DNA of 63,997 nucleotides, filler included, from an uncultured bacterium (lineage in GTDB: Bacteria > CAYJOG01), in assembly GCA_964371695.1 (NCBI GenBank). It is 10 parts of 10 records of this genome, joined end to end, with 100 filler letters (N's around TTAATTAATTAA, not from the genome) between each part and the next. Parts side by side here need not be neighbours in the genome. Positions count along the whole stretch, not along the records: positions 46,451 to 52,883 come from CAYJOG010000177.1; positions 52,984 to 59,406 come from CAYJOG010000178.1; 8 more parts are not named here. One strand, written 5' to 3'. The position numbers and the translations under genes were made by a program. Below are positions 47,448 through 56,474 of the stretch, in pieces. How positions within the stretch are numbered: position 1 is the first letter of the stretch; every line of letters begins with the position of its first letter. Under the pieces are notes generated by a model. That model was not told where the DNA came from. It saw only the letters and a program-made list of their open reading frames with translations, and did no database searches.

Positions 47448-50400
47448 ATGGCCCGGCGTTTTGCCCCCGTGGATGTGCTCATGACCCGTCGCCTGATGTT
47501 TGTGTTGTTGTGCCTTGGCCTGTGGCCGGGCTTGCTGGCGGGCCGCGTCCAGGCCAAGGTCACCGATGTCCACGTGGAAAAGTCCCGCAACAACGTGGTG
47601 CTGTTCATTCGCGGCAACGAAACCCTTCAATACAAACTGAGCGAGTTTGAAAACCCCAACCGCCTGCTGGTGACGGTGTTTGAGCAGGACATGGCCTCGG
47701 ACCGCGAGAGCATCCGGGTGGGTCAGGGGCAGGTGGACAAGGTTTTTGTCAAACAGGAAGGCCAGCACGTGCGGGTGAGCGTGAACCTGCTGGCGCGCAC
47801 CCAATACAACGTTTACACCAAAGACGGCAATCGCACCATCGTGCTGAGCCTGCGCACCGACGATTTTGAAATTGACGCCGCGCCGGGACAGCAGGAATCC
47901 GCCGGTGCAGCCCCCACGGGCGACGGTGCCCCGTCCAGCGGAGGCGTGCCCGTCAAGGGGGGGCAGCAGGGCAGCGGCGCGTCCTCTGGCAGCAGCGGCA
48001 GCAACTTTCCCCCGCCGGGGTTTGCTTATCGCGATTACAAGGGCGAAGCGCCCCCGCCCCTGCCCGGATACGGTTTTGACAATGTGGGGGCCAGCGCTGG
48101 GGAGGGGGGCGCCGCAGGTCAGTTCGACGTCTTCGGCAAAAGGATAGATTCCAGCCCCCTGCTGGAGCACATCGTGTTTCAGGACGCCGAAATCAGCGAA
48201 GTGGCCCTGCAACTCAGCCGGTTGACCAACACCAACATTCTGGTGGATTCCCTTCTTGTGGGGGCCACGGCGGGCAGCACCGCTTCGCCAGAGAGCGGCG
48301 TGGAGGCGGGCACCGGCGGCGTTTCGCTGGATCTCAAGAACGTCACGCTGGAGCAGGCCTTGGATTTCATCACCAAAGCCAGTGGCTGGGCCTGGGTAAA
48401 GATAGCCAACACCTACATGATTCTCGCCTCCGAGACCAAGTTTGCCGGGTTTTCGGATGAGTCCACCTGGGGTAAAACCAACGCCGACACCACGCTGCCC
48501 GTCGACGTGCGTTACATCCCTCTGCGCTACGCCAGCGTCGCCATGCTGGCCCCCTATGTCAATGCCGTGTTCGGCTTGGGGGCAGGGGGAGAAGAAGCCG
48601 CCGACTGGCCCAATGTCGCCTATGACGCCGCCCGCAACATCATCATCCTGCGGGGCGCGTTGCATGAGCTGGACAAAGCCGAAGCGGTCATCAAAAAACT
48701 GGACACACCTGGTTTTGACAACAACATCATTTTCAAGATCATTCCCATTCCGAAAGATCTGGTGAAGATTGACCAGGCCAGTTTCAACGAACTGATCAAC
48801 GCCCTCATGGCCAGTCCCTATCTGGGTTATGACGGCAAACACACCACCGACACCTACGTGGATACCAATGCCGTCAGTTATCAACTGCAGTTTCTCTCCA
48901 ACGCCAGCCAGTTGATATTTCTGGGAAACCCAGAGGCCTATCAAAAGGTCAAGGCGGTGATTGACCAGTTTTTTGCCAACCATGAAACCTGGCGCATGCA
49001 TCCGTTCAAATTGATCAACATTCCCGTCTCGGCCCTGAACTTCAAAGACTTTGCCTCGGTCCTCAAATATGACCTTACCAAGGGGGGCCAAAACAACTAT
49101 GAAATGGATATACGGCGCAACGGCACACTGTTTTTAGACACCGGCAACAATGTGGTGTTCTTTTTCGGCACCAAAGAGGATGCAGATCGCCTCAAGATCG
49201 TTCTGGAACGCGTGGACACGGCGGAAGCCAAAGTTGTTTCCGTCAAGGTCAAGCTCAAAAACCTTCAAACCAATCTCATCGCCCCCACAACGATGGAGGG
49301 ATCCACCGTGGTAAACCCGACTGAACAGTTGGAGGATTGCCAACATCCACTGGACTGTCAGTTGCAGAATCCCTATTACGGTTACCCGGCCTATGGTGGG
49401 AACGTCATGCAGCCACCCCCGGACGATGATGATCGCAAGATGTTTTATCGCAATCCTGTCGGCATACAGTTTCATCATGCCATCAACACCATTTCGATCA
49501 TCGGCCCCCAGTTGTTTGCCCACCGGATTCGTGATTTTTTTCTGGAAGCCGATGCCGAAAACAAAGTCGAGCAGGTGGAGGACACCGTCCGGCTCAAATA
49601 CATGCTGCCCTCGGACGTGGGCCAGTACATCACACTGATGATGAGCAAGGGTGTGGGTTGTGGCGCTCCCCTGGGGGGCAATCAGTCTCGCGTGGAGACC
49701 AAGACGCCCACCGTGCCCACGCCGCCCCTGGCCGGCGCCGCCACCACGCCGCTTAATTTGAACTCAGGTTTTGTGCAGGTGGTTGCTGGAGAGTTGGCCC
49801 GGGACGCTTATGACGGTGCCTGTCTGTTGTGGGTAGCCGATGAACAGAAGGGCACGTTTTATCTCAAAGGCCCCCCCAACGCCGTGCGTCTGGCAAAAAA
49901 TGTGGTGCGGGCCTATGACACGCCCGTGCCCATGGTGAAGCTGGACGTGAAAGTGCTGGAGGTGCGGTCCAGCGACGTGGACGAACTGGGGGGCAAGGGC
50001 ACCCAGCGCCTGGGCGACATTCTGCTGGGCGCGGACGGGGCCACGGGCCTTGTCACGTCCATTCTCGATGAAGTCACCGATCTTGCCTCAGGGGCCATCC
50101 GCAACGGAGACGGCTCACTGGAACTCAAGTTCCGCAACAGCAAGGCCAAGGCCCGTGTGCTGGCCAACCCCAGCATTCTCACCAGCCACATGAAAGTCAC
50201 CAATTTTGATTTCACCGACGCGGTGGGTTATCAGCAGGCCACCGGCACCAGCAACGATGTGGCGGTGGAAGAACTGGGCATCACCCTTGCGGTCACGCCT
50301 TACATCCACGACCAGAACGAAGTCACCCTGGAGGTCAACCCGGACATCCGCACGCTGGGGGGCTTTTTTGAAGGCCAGTCCTGCGCCCTGGTGCAGGGAA

Positions 50401-50705
50401 GCGGCGGCGCCAGCGGCACCAGCCAGTGCCTGCCCACCCGCAGGCCCCTCATCAGCACACGCAACCTCACCACCAAGGTGCGGGTGACCAACAATGTGCC
50501 CCTCATCATCGGCGGTCTCATCTCAAGCCGCGACACCGAAAACGTCAGCAAAATTCCGATTTTGGGCGATCTGCCCCTGTTCGGTTCCTTCTTCCGCAAC
50601 GCCAGCAAATCCAAGGAAGACCTGGAAGTGGTCATCGTCATCACCCCCACCATCCTGATGGGTGAAAACCTCTCCAGCACCCCCACCGACGAAACCGCCC
50701 AGTAG
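47448..50705 (+). CDS. pilQ: type IV pilus/type II secretion secretin with AMIN domain (PilQ-like)
   Basis: AMIN (ENPNRLLV), N0 (FQDAEI, LKNVTLEQAL), N3-type repeats, secretin core (VLANPSI, GITLAVTP, KIPILGDLPLFG.FF, VIVITPTI). Confidence 0.88.
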   Translation: MARRFAPVDVLMTRRLMFVLLCLGLWPGLLAGRVQAKVTDVHVEKSRNNVVLFIRGNETLQYKLSEFENPNRLLVTVFEQDMASDRESIRVGQGQVDKVFVKQEGQHVRVSVNLLARTQYNVYTKDGNRTIVLSLRTDDFEIDAAPGQQESAGAAPTGDGAPSSGGVPVKGGQQGSGASSGSSGSNFPPPGFAYRDYKGEAPPPLPGYGFDNVGASAGEGGAAGQFDVFGKRIDSSPLLEHIVFQDAEISEVALQLSRLTNTNILVDSLLVGATAGSTASPESGVEAGTGGVSLDLKNVTLEQALDFITKASGWAWVKIANTYMILASETKFAGFSDESTWGKTNADTTLPVDVRYIPLRYASVAMLAPYVNAVFGLGAGGEEAADWPNVAYDAARNIIILRGALHELDKAEAVIKKLDTPGFDNNIIFKIIPIPKDLVKIDQASFNELINALMASPYLGYDGKHTTDTYVDTNAVSYQLQFLSNASQLIFLGNPEAYQKVKAVIDQFFANHETWRMHPFKLINIPVSALNFKDFASVLKYDLTKGGQNNYEMDIRRNGTLFLDTGNNVVFFFGTKEDADRLKIVLERVDTAEAKVVSVKVKLKNLQTNLIAPTTMEGSTVVNPTEQLEDCQHPLDCQLQNPYYGYPAYGGNVMQPPPDDDDRKMFYRNPVGIQFHHAINTISIIGPQLFAHRIRDFFLEADAENKVEQVEDTVRLKYMLPSDVGQYITLMMSKGVGCGAPLGGNQSRVETKTPTVPTPPLAGAATTPLNLNSGFVQVVAGELARDAYDGACLLWVADEQKGTFYLKGPPNAVRLAKNVVRAYDTPVPMVKLDVKVLEVRSSDVDELGGKGTQRLGDILLGADGATGLVTSILDEVTDLASGAIRNGDGSLELKFRNSKAKARVLANPSILTSHMKVTNFDFTDAVGYQQATGTSNDVAVEELGITLAVTPYIHDQNEVTLEVNPDIRTLGGFFEGQSCALVQGSGGASGTSQCLPTRRPLISTRNLTTKVRVTNNVPLIIGGLISSRDTENVSKIPILGDLPLFGSFFRNASKSKEDLEVVIVITPTILMGENLSSTPTDETAQ

Positions 50706-50836
50706 TTGGTCTGGCCGTGTATTGGTTGTTGCGCGGTGGGGACACCGCGCCTACTCCTTTTGGTAGTGTGCGTCGCCACAGGCATCCCCACCTGTGGTTT
50801 TGCTGGCGTTCACCAACACCTTGCTTTGGCCCCCGC

Positions 50837-52516
50837 TTATTCCCCCATGGCCTGGGCGTCCACGATTTCATAGCGATAGCCCTGCTCGGCCAGAAACTTC
50901 TGGCGGTTCAGGGCAAAACCCTGCTCCGGGCTGTCCTGTGTGATGAGGCTGTAGAAATGGGCCGGGCGGCCGTCCTGCTTGGGGCGCAGCAGGCGGCCCA
51001 GGCGCTGGGCTTCCTCTTGTCGGCTGCCAAACGTGCCGCTGAGCTGGATGGCCACCGACGCCTCTGGCAGGTCAATGGCGAAGTTGGCCACCTTGCTCAC
51101 CACCAGCACCGGTGTTTCGCCGCTGCGGAATCCTTCGTAGAGCACCTGCCGTTTGCGGTTGGAGAGCTGGCCCGTCACCAGCGGCGCGTCATATCGTGCG
51201 GCCACTTCTTTGAGCTGGTCAATGTACTGGCCAATGATGAGCACCGGCTCGCCGGTGTGCCGCGCCAAAAGCAGGTCCGCCACCGTGAGCTTGGCGGGGT
51301 TTTCCTGCGCCAGACGCATGCGTTCGCGGTCGCCCACGCCCGCCATGTCCTGCCGCAGCTCCGGGCTGGCGGCCACCCGCACCTCCACGCAGCGGGCCTG
51401 GGCGATCCACCCCTGTTTTTCCAGCTCGCGCCAGGGGCATTCGTATTTTTTTGGACCGATGAGACCGAACACTTCTTTTTCGCGGCCGTCTTCGCGCACC
51501 AGCGTGGCGGTCAGCCCCAGGCGGCGGCGGGCCTGAATCATGGCGGTGAGCGAAAATACCGGCGCGGGCAGCAGATGCACCTCGTCATAAATAATCAGCC
51601 CCCACTCGCCCCGCAAAAAAAGATCCATGTGTTCAAACGGCCCGTTTTTTTCGCGGCGGTGGGTGACAATCTGATAAGTGGTGACGGTGAGGGGGCGGAT
51701 GTTTTTTTTGTCGCCGGTGTATTCGCCCACTTCGTCGGCGCTGAGCGTGGTGTGATCCAGGGCTTCACGAATCCACTGGCGCACGGCCACGGTGTTGGGG
51801 GTGAGCACCAGGGTGTGGTTCTGTATTTTCGCCATCACGCCCAGACCCACGGCGGTTTTGCCCGCGCCACAGGGCAGCACCACCACGCCGCTGCCCCCCG
51901 CCGGGCTGCCCTGGCGATAAAACGCCTCCACCGCGCTGGTCTGATATCCCCGCAGGCCAAAGGCCGCGCCCGTGCTGGTCTGGGGTTTGAGCGAAAGAGC
52001 CAGGGGCGCGCCTTCGTCATAACCAGCCAGGTCTTCCACCGGGTGGCGCAAGGTGAGCAGAATCTGTTTCACAAAACCCCGGTTGAAACTGGCCACGGCC
52101 ACGCGGTGGTCGTCCAGCGGATCCCCCAGAATGGGGGCGAGGTTTTTGTGCTGCCGCAACCGGTAGAGCAGCCCCGCCTCGGCCACCTCCAGCACCAGAC
52201 CGGTGGGCGATTCCACCAGTCGAATGCGGCCGTATTGGGCCATGGTGTCGCGCACCTGTCGGGCCACGGTGGCGGGCATGTCATAACGCCCCAGGCGGGC
52301 CAGGCCCTCCAGAATATCGGTGGCGCACAGGCCCAGGCTGGCGGCGTTCCACAAAGAGAGGTCGCCCATGCGGTAGGTGTGAAAATGCTCCGGGCTTTTC
52401 TCCAGCTCTGAAAAAGCCATGAGAAAATCCCTGGCCTCCTCATAGGCCGGGTGGTGAACATCCAGCAGCAGGCTGCCATCGCTCTGCACCACAATGGGAC
52501 CAGCCGACAAACTCAC
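50837..52516 (-). CDS. bacterial XPB/Rad25 (ERCC3-like) DNA helicase
   Basis: PIVVQSD, ELEKSPEHFHTYR..SLWNA, LPCGAGKT, DEVH, GLTATLVREDG, QEEAQRLGRLLRPK. Confidence 0.95.
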   Translation of the reverse strand: MSLSAGPIVVQSDGSLLLDVHHPAYEEARDFLMAFSELEKSPEHFHTYRMGDLSLWNAASLGLCATDILEGLARLGRYDMPATVARQVRDTMAQYGRIRLVESPTGLVLEVAEAGLLYRLRQHKNLAPILGDPLDDHRVAVASFNRGFVKQILLTLRHPVEDLAGYDEGAPLALSLKPQTSTGAAFGLRGYQTSAVEAFYRQGSPAGGSGVVVLPCGAGKTAVGLGVMAKIQNHTLVLTPNTVAVRQWIREALDHTTLSADEVGEYTGDKKNIRPLTVTTYQIVTHRREKNGPFEHMDLFLRGEWGLIIYDEVHLLPAPVFSLTAMIQARRRLGLTATLVREDGREKEVFGLIGPKKYECPWRELEKQGWIAQARCVEVRVAASPELRQDMAGVGDRERMRLAQENPAKLTVADLLLARHTGEPVLIIGQYIDQLKEVAARYDAPLVTGQLSNRKRQVLYEGFRSGETPVLVVSKVANFAIDLPEASVAIQLSGTFGSRQEEAQRLGRLLRPKQDGRPAHFYSLITQDSPEQGFALNRQKFLAEQGYRYEIVDAQAMGE

Positions 52517-52624
52517 GCCCGCACAGTATGAGCCTGTTTGTGGCGGCGTGAAGCCACATTTTGCATGGACGCTTTTGTGAACAAGGACGGTGGTGTTTGC
52601 CGATTTTTGCCGGGGAGCGGTTCA

Positions 52625-52883
52625 TACCAATTTTCAACCAAAACAACATTAAATCTGAGCGATGAACCAGTTTGGAAACGGGTGCTGCGAAGTCAGGTGG
52701 TTTGGTGAAAATTGGTATGAATTCATGGATGAATTCAACTCGAACACCGAGGCCCCACGCGACAGGAGGTCGCGTGAAGGCCGCCGAGGGGGCTTGGCCC
52801 CCGAAGGCGGTGGTTTCAAAAGTTCAGGAGGAACTTTTGAAACAATCCTGTGGGCCGGAGGTGTTCGCGGCGCAAGCGGGCTT
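52625..52883. mobile_element. TACCAATT-type MITE-like repeat with internal insertion, truncated
   Basis: AATTGGTATGAATTCATGGATGAATTC and GGTGTTCGCGGCGCAAGCGGGCTT shared with the 5701 and 41173 copies. Confidence 0.7.
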
Positions 52884-52983
52884 NNNNNNNNNNNNNNNNN
52901 NNNNNNNNNNNNNNNNNNNNNNNNNNNTTAATTAATTAANNNNNNNNNNNNNNNNNNNNNNNNNNNNNNNNNNNNNNNNNNNN

Positions 52984-54110
52984 GTGCGGGCCTGAAGCAG
53001 CACCAGACCCCCTTGCAGCGGCTTGGGCACATAACGGGGATTTTTGGGGTCAAAGTTGGGGGTCTTGAGGTAATAACGCAGTCGCTCGGCCTTGGGCAGC
53101 ACGTTGATGCGCCTGAAAACGATTTTTTCTATGATTTGCAGGCCTTCTTCAAAACCTTCCTCGGCCTTGGCCTGCATGTGGGGGTCCAGGGTGGTCATGA
53201 TGCGCAGGCCCTTTTTGTAAAGGTCCAAGCCATAACGGTCTTGCAGCGAGAGCCGGACGTATTCGCTGAAATAGGGGGCCTTGCGGGTGGCAGGGGGGGG
53301 CGGGGGCGCGAACACCAGCGGCTGCCCAAGCGCCTGTTGCAGTTGTTCGCGGCGGAAGTGATAACGCTCGCGCAGGAGTTTTTTCAGCACGATGTCGCGC
53401 CGCACCTTGCCCAGGGCCTTGTCGCGGGAATAGGCGTTTGGGTTTTTGAGCAGGCTCACCAGATAGGCGGCCTCGGCCAGGGAAATGTCCGCCGCGCTTT
53501 TGCCAAAATAATCCTGGCTGGCCACTTCCACGCCATAACGCCCCTTGCCGAAATACACCTCGTTGGCATACAACTCCACCACCTGATTTTTGGTGTAGGC
53601 GTTTTCGATGGCGATGGCCAGGAAGATCTCTTTGATCTTGCGCTCGAAGCTGTGTTGGTGGTCTCGCAAGATGTTGCGGGCCAGTTGCTGGGTGATGGTG
53701 CTGCCCCCCTGGCCAAAATCGCCCCGCCGCAGGTTTTCCACAATGGCGCGGGCAATGCCCAGGGGGTCCACGGCATAACGGCTTTCAAACCGGATGTCCT
53801 CAAAACCCAGCAGGCAGTTCACAAAATTGGGGCTGATGCGCGAAAGGGGCGTCCAGTCCCGTTTTTCCAGGTAGAACTCGGCGATGGGGTCGTTGTTCTG
53901 GTCAAAGGCCACGCTGCGCAACTGGGTGCGGTGAGACTTGAGCGTTTGCGTCATCTGGGGCAGAAACTTGCCCAGCAGCGAATAACCCTGAATCAGCGCC
54001 AGCCCCAGGCCCAGCAGGAACATGCCAAACCCAAAACCGAGCACCAGAAAACCCTTCAGCAAGCTGCGGAAGAAGGACGGCGGACGGTTTCTGAGTCGGC
54101 GGTTGGCCAT
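52984..54110 (-). CDS. class A penicillin-binding protein (transglycosylase domain), 3'-truncated
   Basis: EDIRF, GGSTITQQLARN, RKIKE, YANEVYFG, TTLD motifs. Confidence 0.93.
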
Positions 54111-54457
54111 GGCCCTAGAGTCAATATCCCGCCAAGGGCCGAGACTTTGACCGAAGTGCCACAGACTTGGTGGGGTTTTTAAAAACGGCGAGACATTTTT
54201 CCGCCGTCATTCCCGCGAAAGCGGGAATCCAGTGAGGACAAAAAGAAAAACCAGTTTTGGTGGCGCGAGTAGCCACGGGTGTCCCCACCTGTGGTCTTGC
54301 CCGCCTGAGCAGGGCGCGCGAAACAGCCGGGGCAAAATATGGACAAAACCTCAAAAAATATGGTTTTTTCGCTTTTTGTTAAACCCCTCACCCCAACCCT
54401 CTCCCCATTAAAGGGGAGAGGGGAGAGGTTACTACCAGGGCGTTTTTCAACACACGG

Positions 54458-56353
54458 CTAATTGGTGGTGAACGACCCTTGAACCACGTTGCTGCTCAGC
54501 ACGTTGGCGCCGCTCAGGTTTGCCGCGCTGGCGGCGAGGTCCAGCGTCACGCCCTGGCTGTCCTTGAGGGTGTTCAGGTCCAGCGTCAGCACATAAGAGT
54601 AACTCTGGGCGGCGTTCAGGCGGCGGGTGTCGGTGAGGGTGAAGGTGAGCGTGGTGCTGTTGGTCCACACCGCGTTGCCGATGCTGGCGCTGGTGATGTT
54701 GCTGAGGATGGTGGTGCCGATGGTTTCGTTGGTGAGCGCGAGGGTGAGCGAAGGCGTGAGCGCGGTGTTCATGGCCCGGCTGAAGGTGATGGTGCCCGTG
54801 GTGCTGCTGGCGGGGATGACGCCGCCGTTGGCGGGCGAAACCGTGAGCACCAGCGGCGGGTTGGCCGGTGTGGTGAAGGTGTAGGTCACCGCTTGGCCGC
54901 TCACCGTGATGCCGCTGCCCAGGCTGGCAGCGTTGGTGAGGCTGAGTGTGTTGCCCGCGGCGTCTTTAAGGCCGTTTGCGCCCGTGCCAAAGGTGAGGCG
55001 CAACTGATAACTGGTTCCCCCGGTGAGGCGGCGGGGGTCGGTGAGGGTAAAGGTGAGGGTCTGGTTGCCGTTGCTCCAGGCCACGGCGCCCAGTGTGTTC
55101 TGGGCCGCGCCGTTGATCACCGTGGTTTGTGTGCCGCTGGAAGGGTTGAGCAGCGTGACGGTGACATCGGGCGTGGCGGTGGCGGTCATGGCTTCACTGA
55201 AGGTGACCGAGGCGGTGGTGAGTTCGGAGCTCACCGAGCCGCCCGCCGTGGGGGTGAGGCTGGTGATGGTGGGGGCCGTGGTGTCGGTGGGGGTGGAGGA
55301 ACTGGCGGAAACCGTGAAGGTGGTGTTGCTGCTGAGATAGATGTCCCCCACGGTGAGAATGACCAGTGTGCCTGTGGTGCCCGCCACCGCTGTGGAGGGC
55401 AGGGTGAAGCTGAGCGCCGAGCTTGTGCCCGACAGGGCCACCACGCCGGTAAAGGTGACATCGGTGCAGCCTGTTTTTTTGACGGTCACGGTTTGGGTGC
55501 CCCCCAGGCCCGTGACCGGTGTGCCGGAACTCACCAGGCCCACATAGGCCCCGGTGGTGGGCAGGCTCGTGCCCGAAATGGTGACCACCGAGCCGGGGGT
55601 GGTGGTGGCGGGACTGACCGAGGTGATGGATCCTGCCGTGGTGTTGCAGGTGGTTCCGCCGCCGGTGGTAGAGCCGATGTCGCCGCTGGAGGGCAGGGTG
55701 CTGGTGGGCAGGCTGTTGGCCGCCGCCACCGTGCTGGTGAAAACGGTGTTGAGGGAGGCCGCGAGGGTGGTGTCTGCCGCCGGGCTGGTGGCGGCGGTGT
55801 CATAACCTTCGCCAGAGGGTGTTTTGATTTTTGTCAGGGGATTGTTGGCTGCTGAAACCACCATGGCCCCGCCCGCGCTGGCGGGAACAGTGAGGGAGCC
55901 AAAGGTGAACTGGTTGCTGGAGAGGGTGCCGGTGAGGGGCAGGGTGGTGGTGGTGAGGGTGCCGCTGGCGGATGTGTAGGGATAACCAAAGGTGGCGTAG
56001 ATGGTGTTGCTGCGGATGAGCAGCAGGCGATAGGTGCGGCCATAGTCCAGGGCAAGGCTGAGGGTGGCGATGCCGGAGCCGGGGGCGGTCTCTGCCAGTG
56101 AGCCGGTTTTGGTGGTGGCGTCGGTGGCATAGGCCAGCACACGCCAGTCGGCAAAAGCGCTGCCTTGGCGAAAGCCCCCCGCCGGGGCGTTCAGCGTGGC
56201 GGAGACATTCACCGTGGTGACGGCGGTGGTGGTGCCGCCGGGTTTTTTGCTGCCGCCGCAACCGGCGGCGAGGGCCGCCAGAAACACCAGGGGCAAAGCC
56301 CAAAGGGCGGTGGGCCGGGTTTTGGGGATGAGACCAGCAATGTTGTTAAGCAC
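54458..56353 (-). CDS. Thr/Ser-rich surface lipoprotein with an IPT/TIG-like domain and two Big_5-type Ig-like domains
   Basis: Lipobox AAGC; DTTAPTI..L.P...VTFSEAM...TLTFT...LKD..GN repeats. Confidence 0.8.
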   Translation of the reverse strand: MLNNIAGLIPKTRPTALWALPLVFLAALAAGCGGSKKPGGTTTAVTTVNVSATLNAPAGGFRQGSAFADWRVLAYATDATTKTGSLAETAPGSGIATLSLALDYGRTYRLLLIRSNTIYATFGYPYTSASGTLTTTTLPLTGTLSSNQFTFGSLTVPASAGGAMVVSAANNPLTKIKTPSGEGYDTAATSPAADTTLAASLNTVFTSTVAAANSLPTSTLPSSGDIGSTTGGGTTCNTTAGSITSVSPATTTPGSVVTISGTSLPTTGAYVGLVSSGTPVTGLGGTQTVTVKKTGCTDVTFTGVVALSGTSSALSFTLPSTAVAGTTGTLVILTVGDIYLSSNTTFTVSASSSTPTDTTAPTITSLTPTAGGSVSSELTTASVTFSEAMTATATPDVTVTLLNPSSGTQTTVINGAAQNTLGAVAWSNGNQTLTFTLTDPRRLTGGTSYQLRLTFGTGANGLKDAAGNTLSLTNAASLGSGITVSGQAVTYTFTTPANPPLVLTVSPANGGVIPASSTTGTITFSRAMNTALTPSLTLALTNETIGTTILSNITSASIGNAVWTNSTTLTFTLTDTRRLNAAQSYSYVLTLDLNTLKDSQGVTLDLAASAANLSGANVLSSNVVQGSFTTN

Positions 56354-56416
56354 GATAGAAATAATTTACCCGATTTTGCCGGTGGGTAACCAGAAGTTGT
56401 TTCAAAAGCTGTTCAT

Positions 56417-56446
56417 AAAAAAACCCGGCCCAAATGGGCCGGGTTT
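56417..56446 (-). terminator. intrinsic terminator
   Basis: AAACCCGGCCC-loop-GGGCCGGGTTT followed by a T-run on the minus strand. Confidence 0.7.
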
Positions 56447-56474
56447 GAAAAGTCTTGAGGAATGAGGTTGATGA

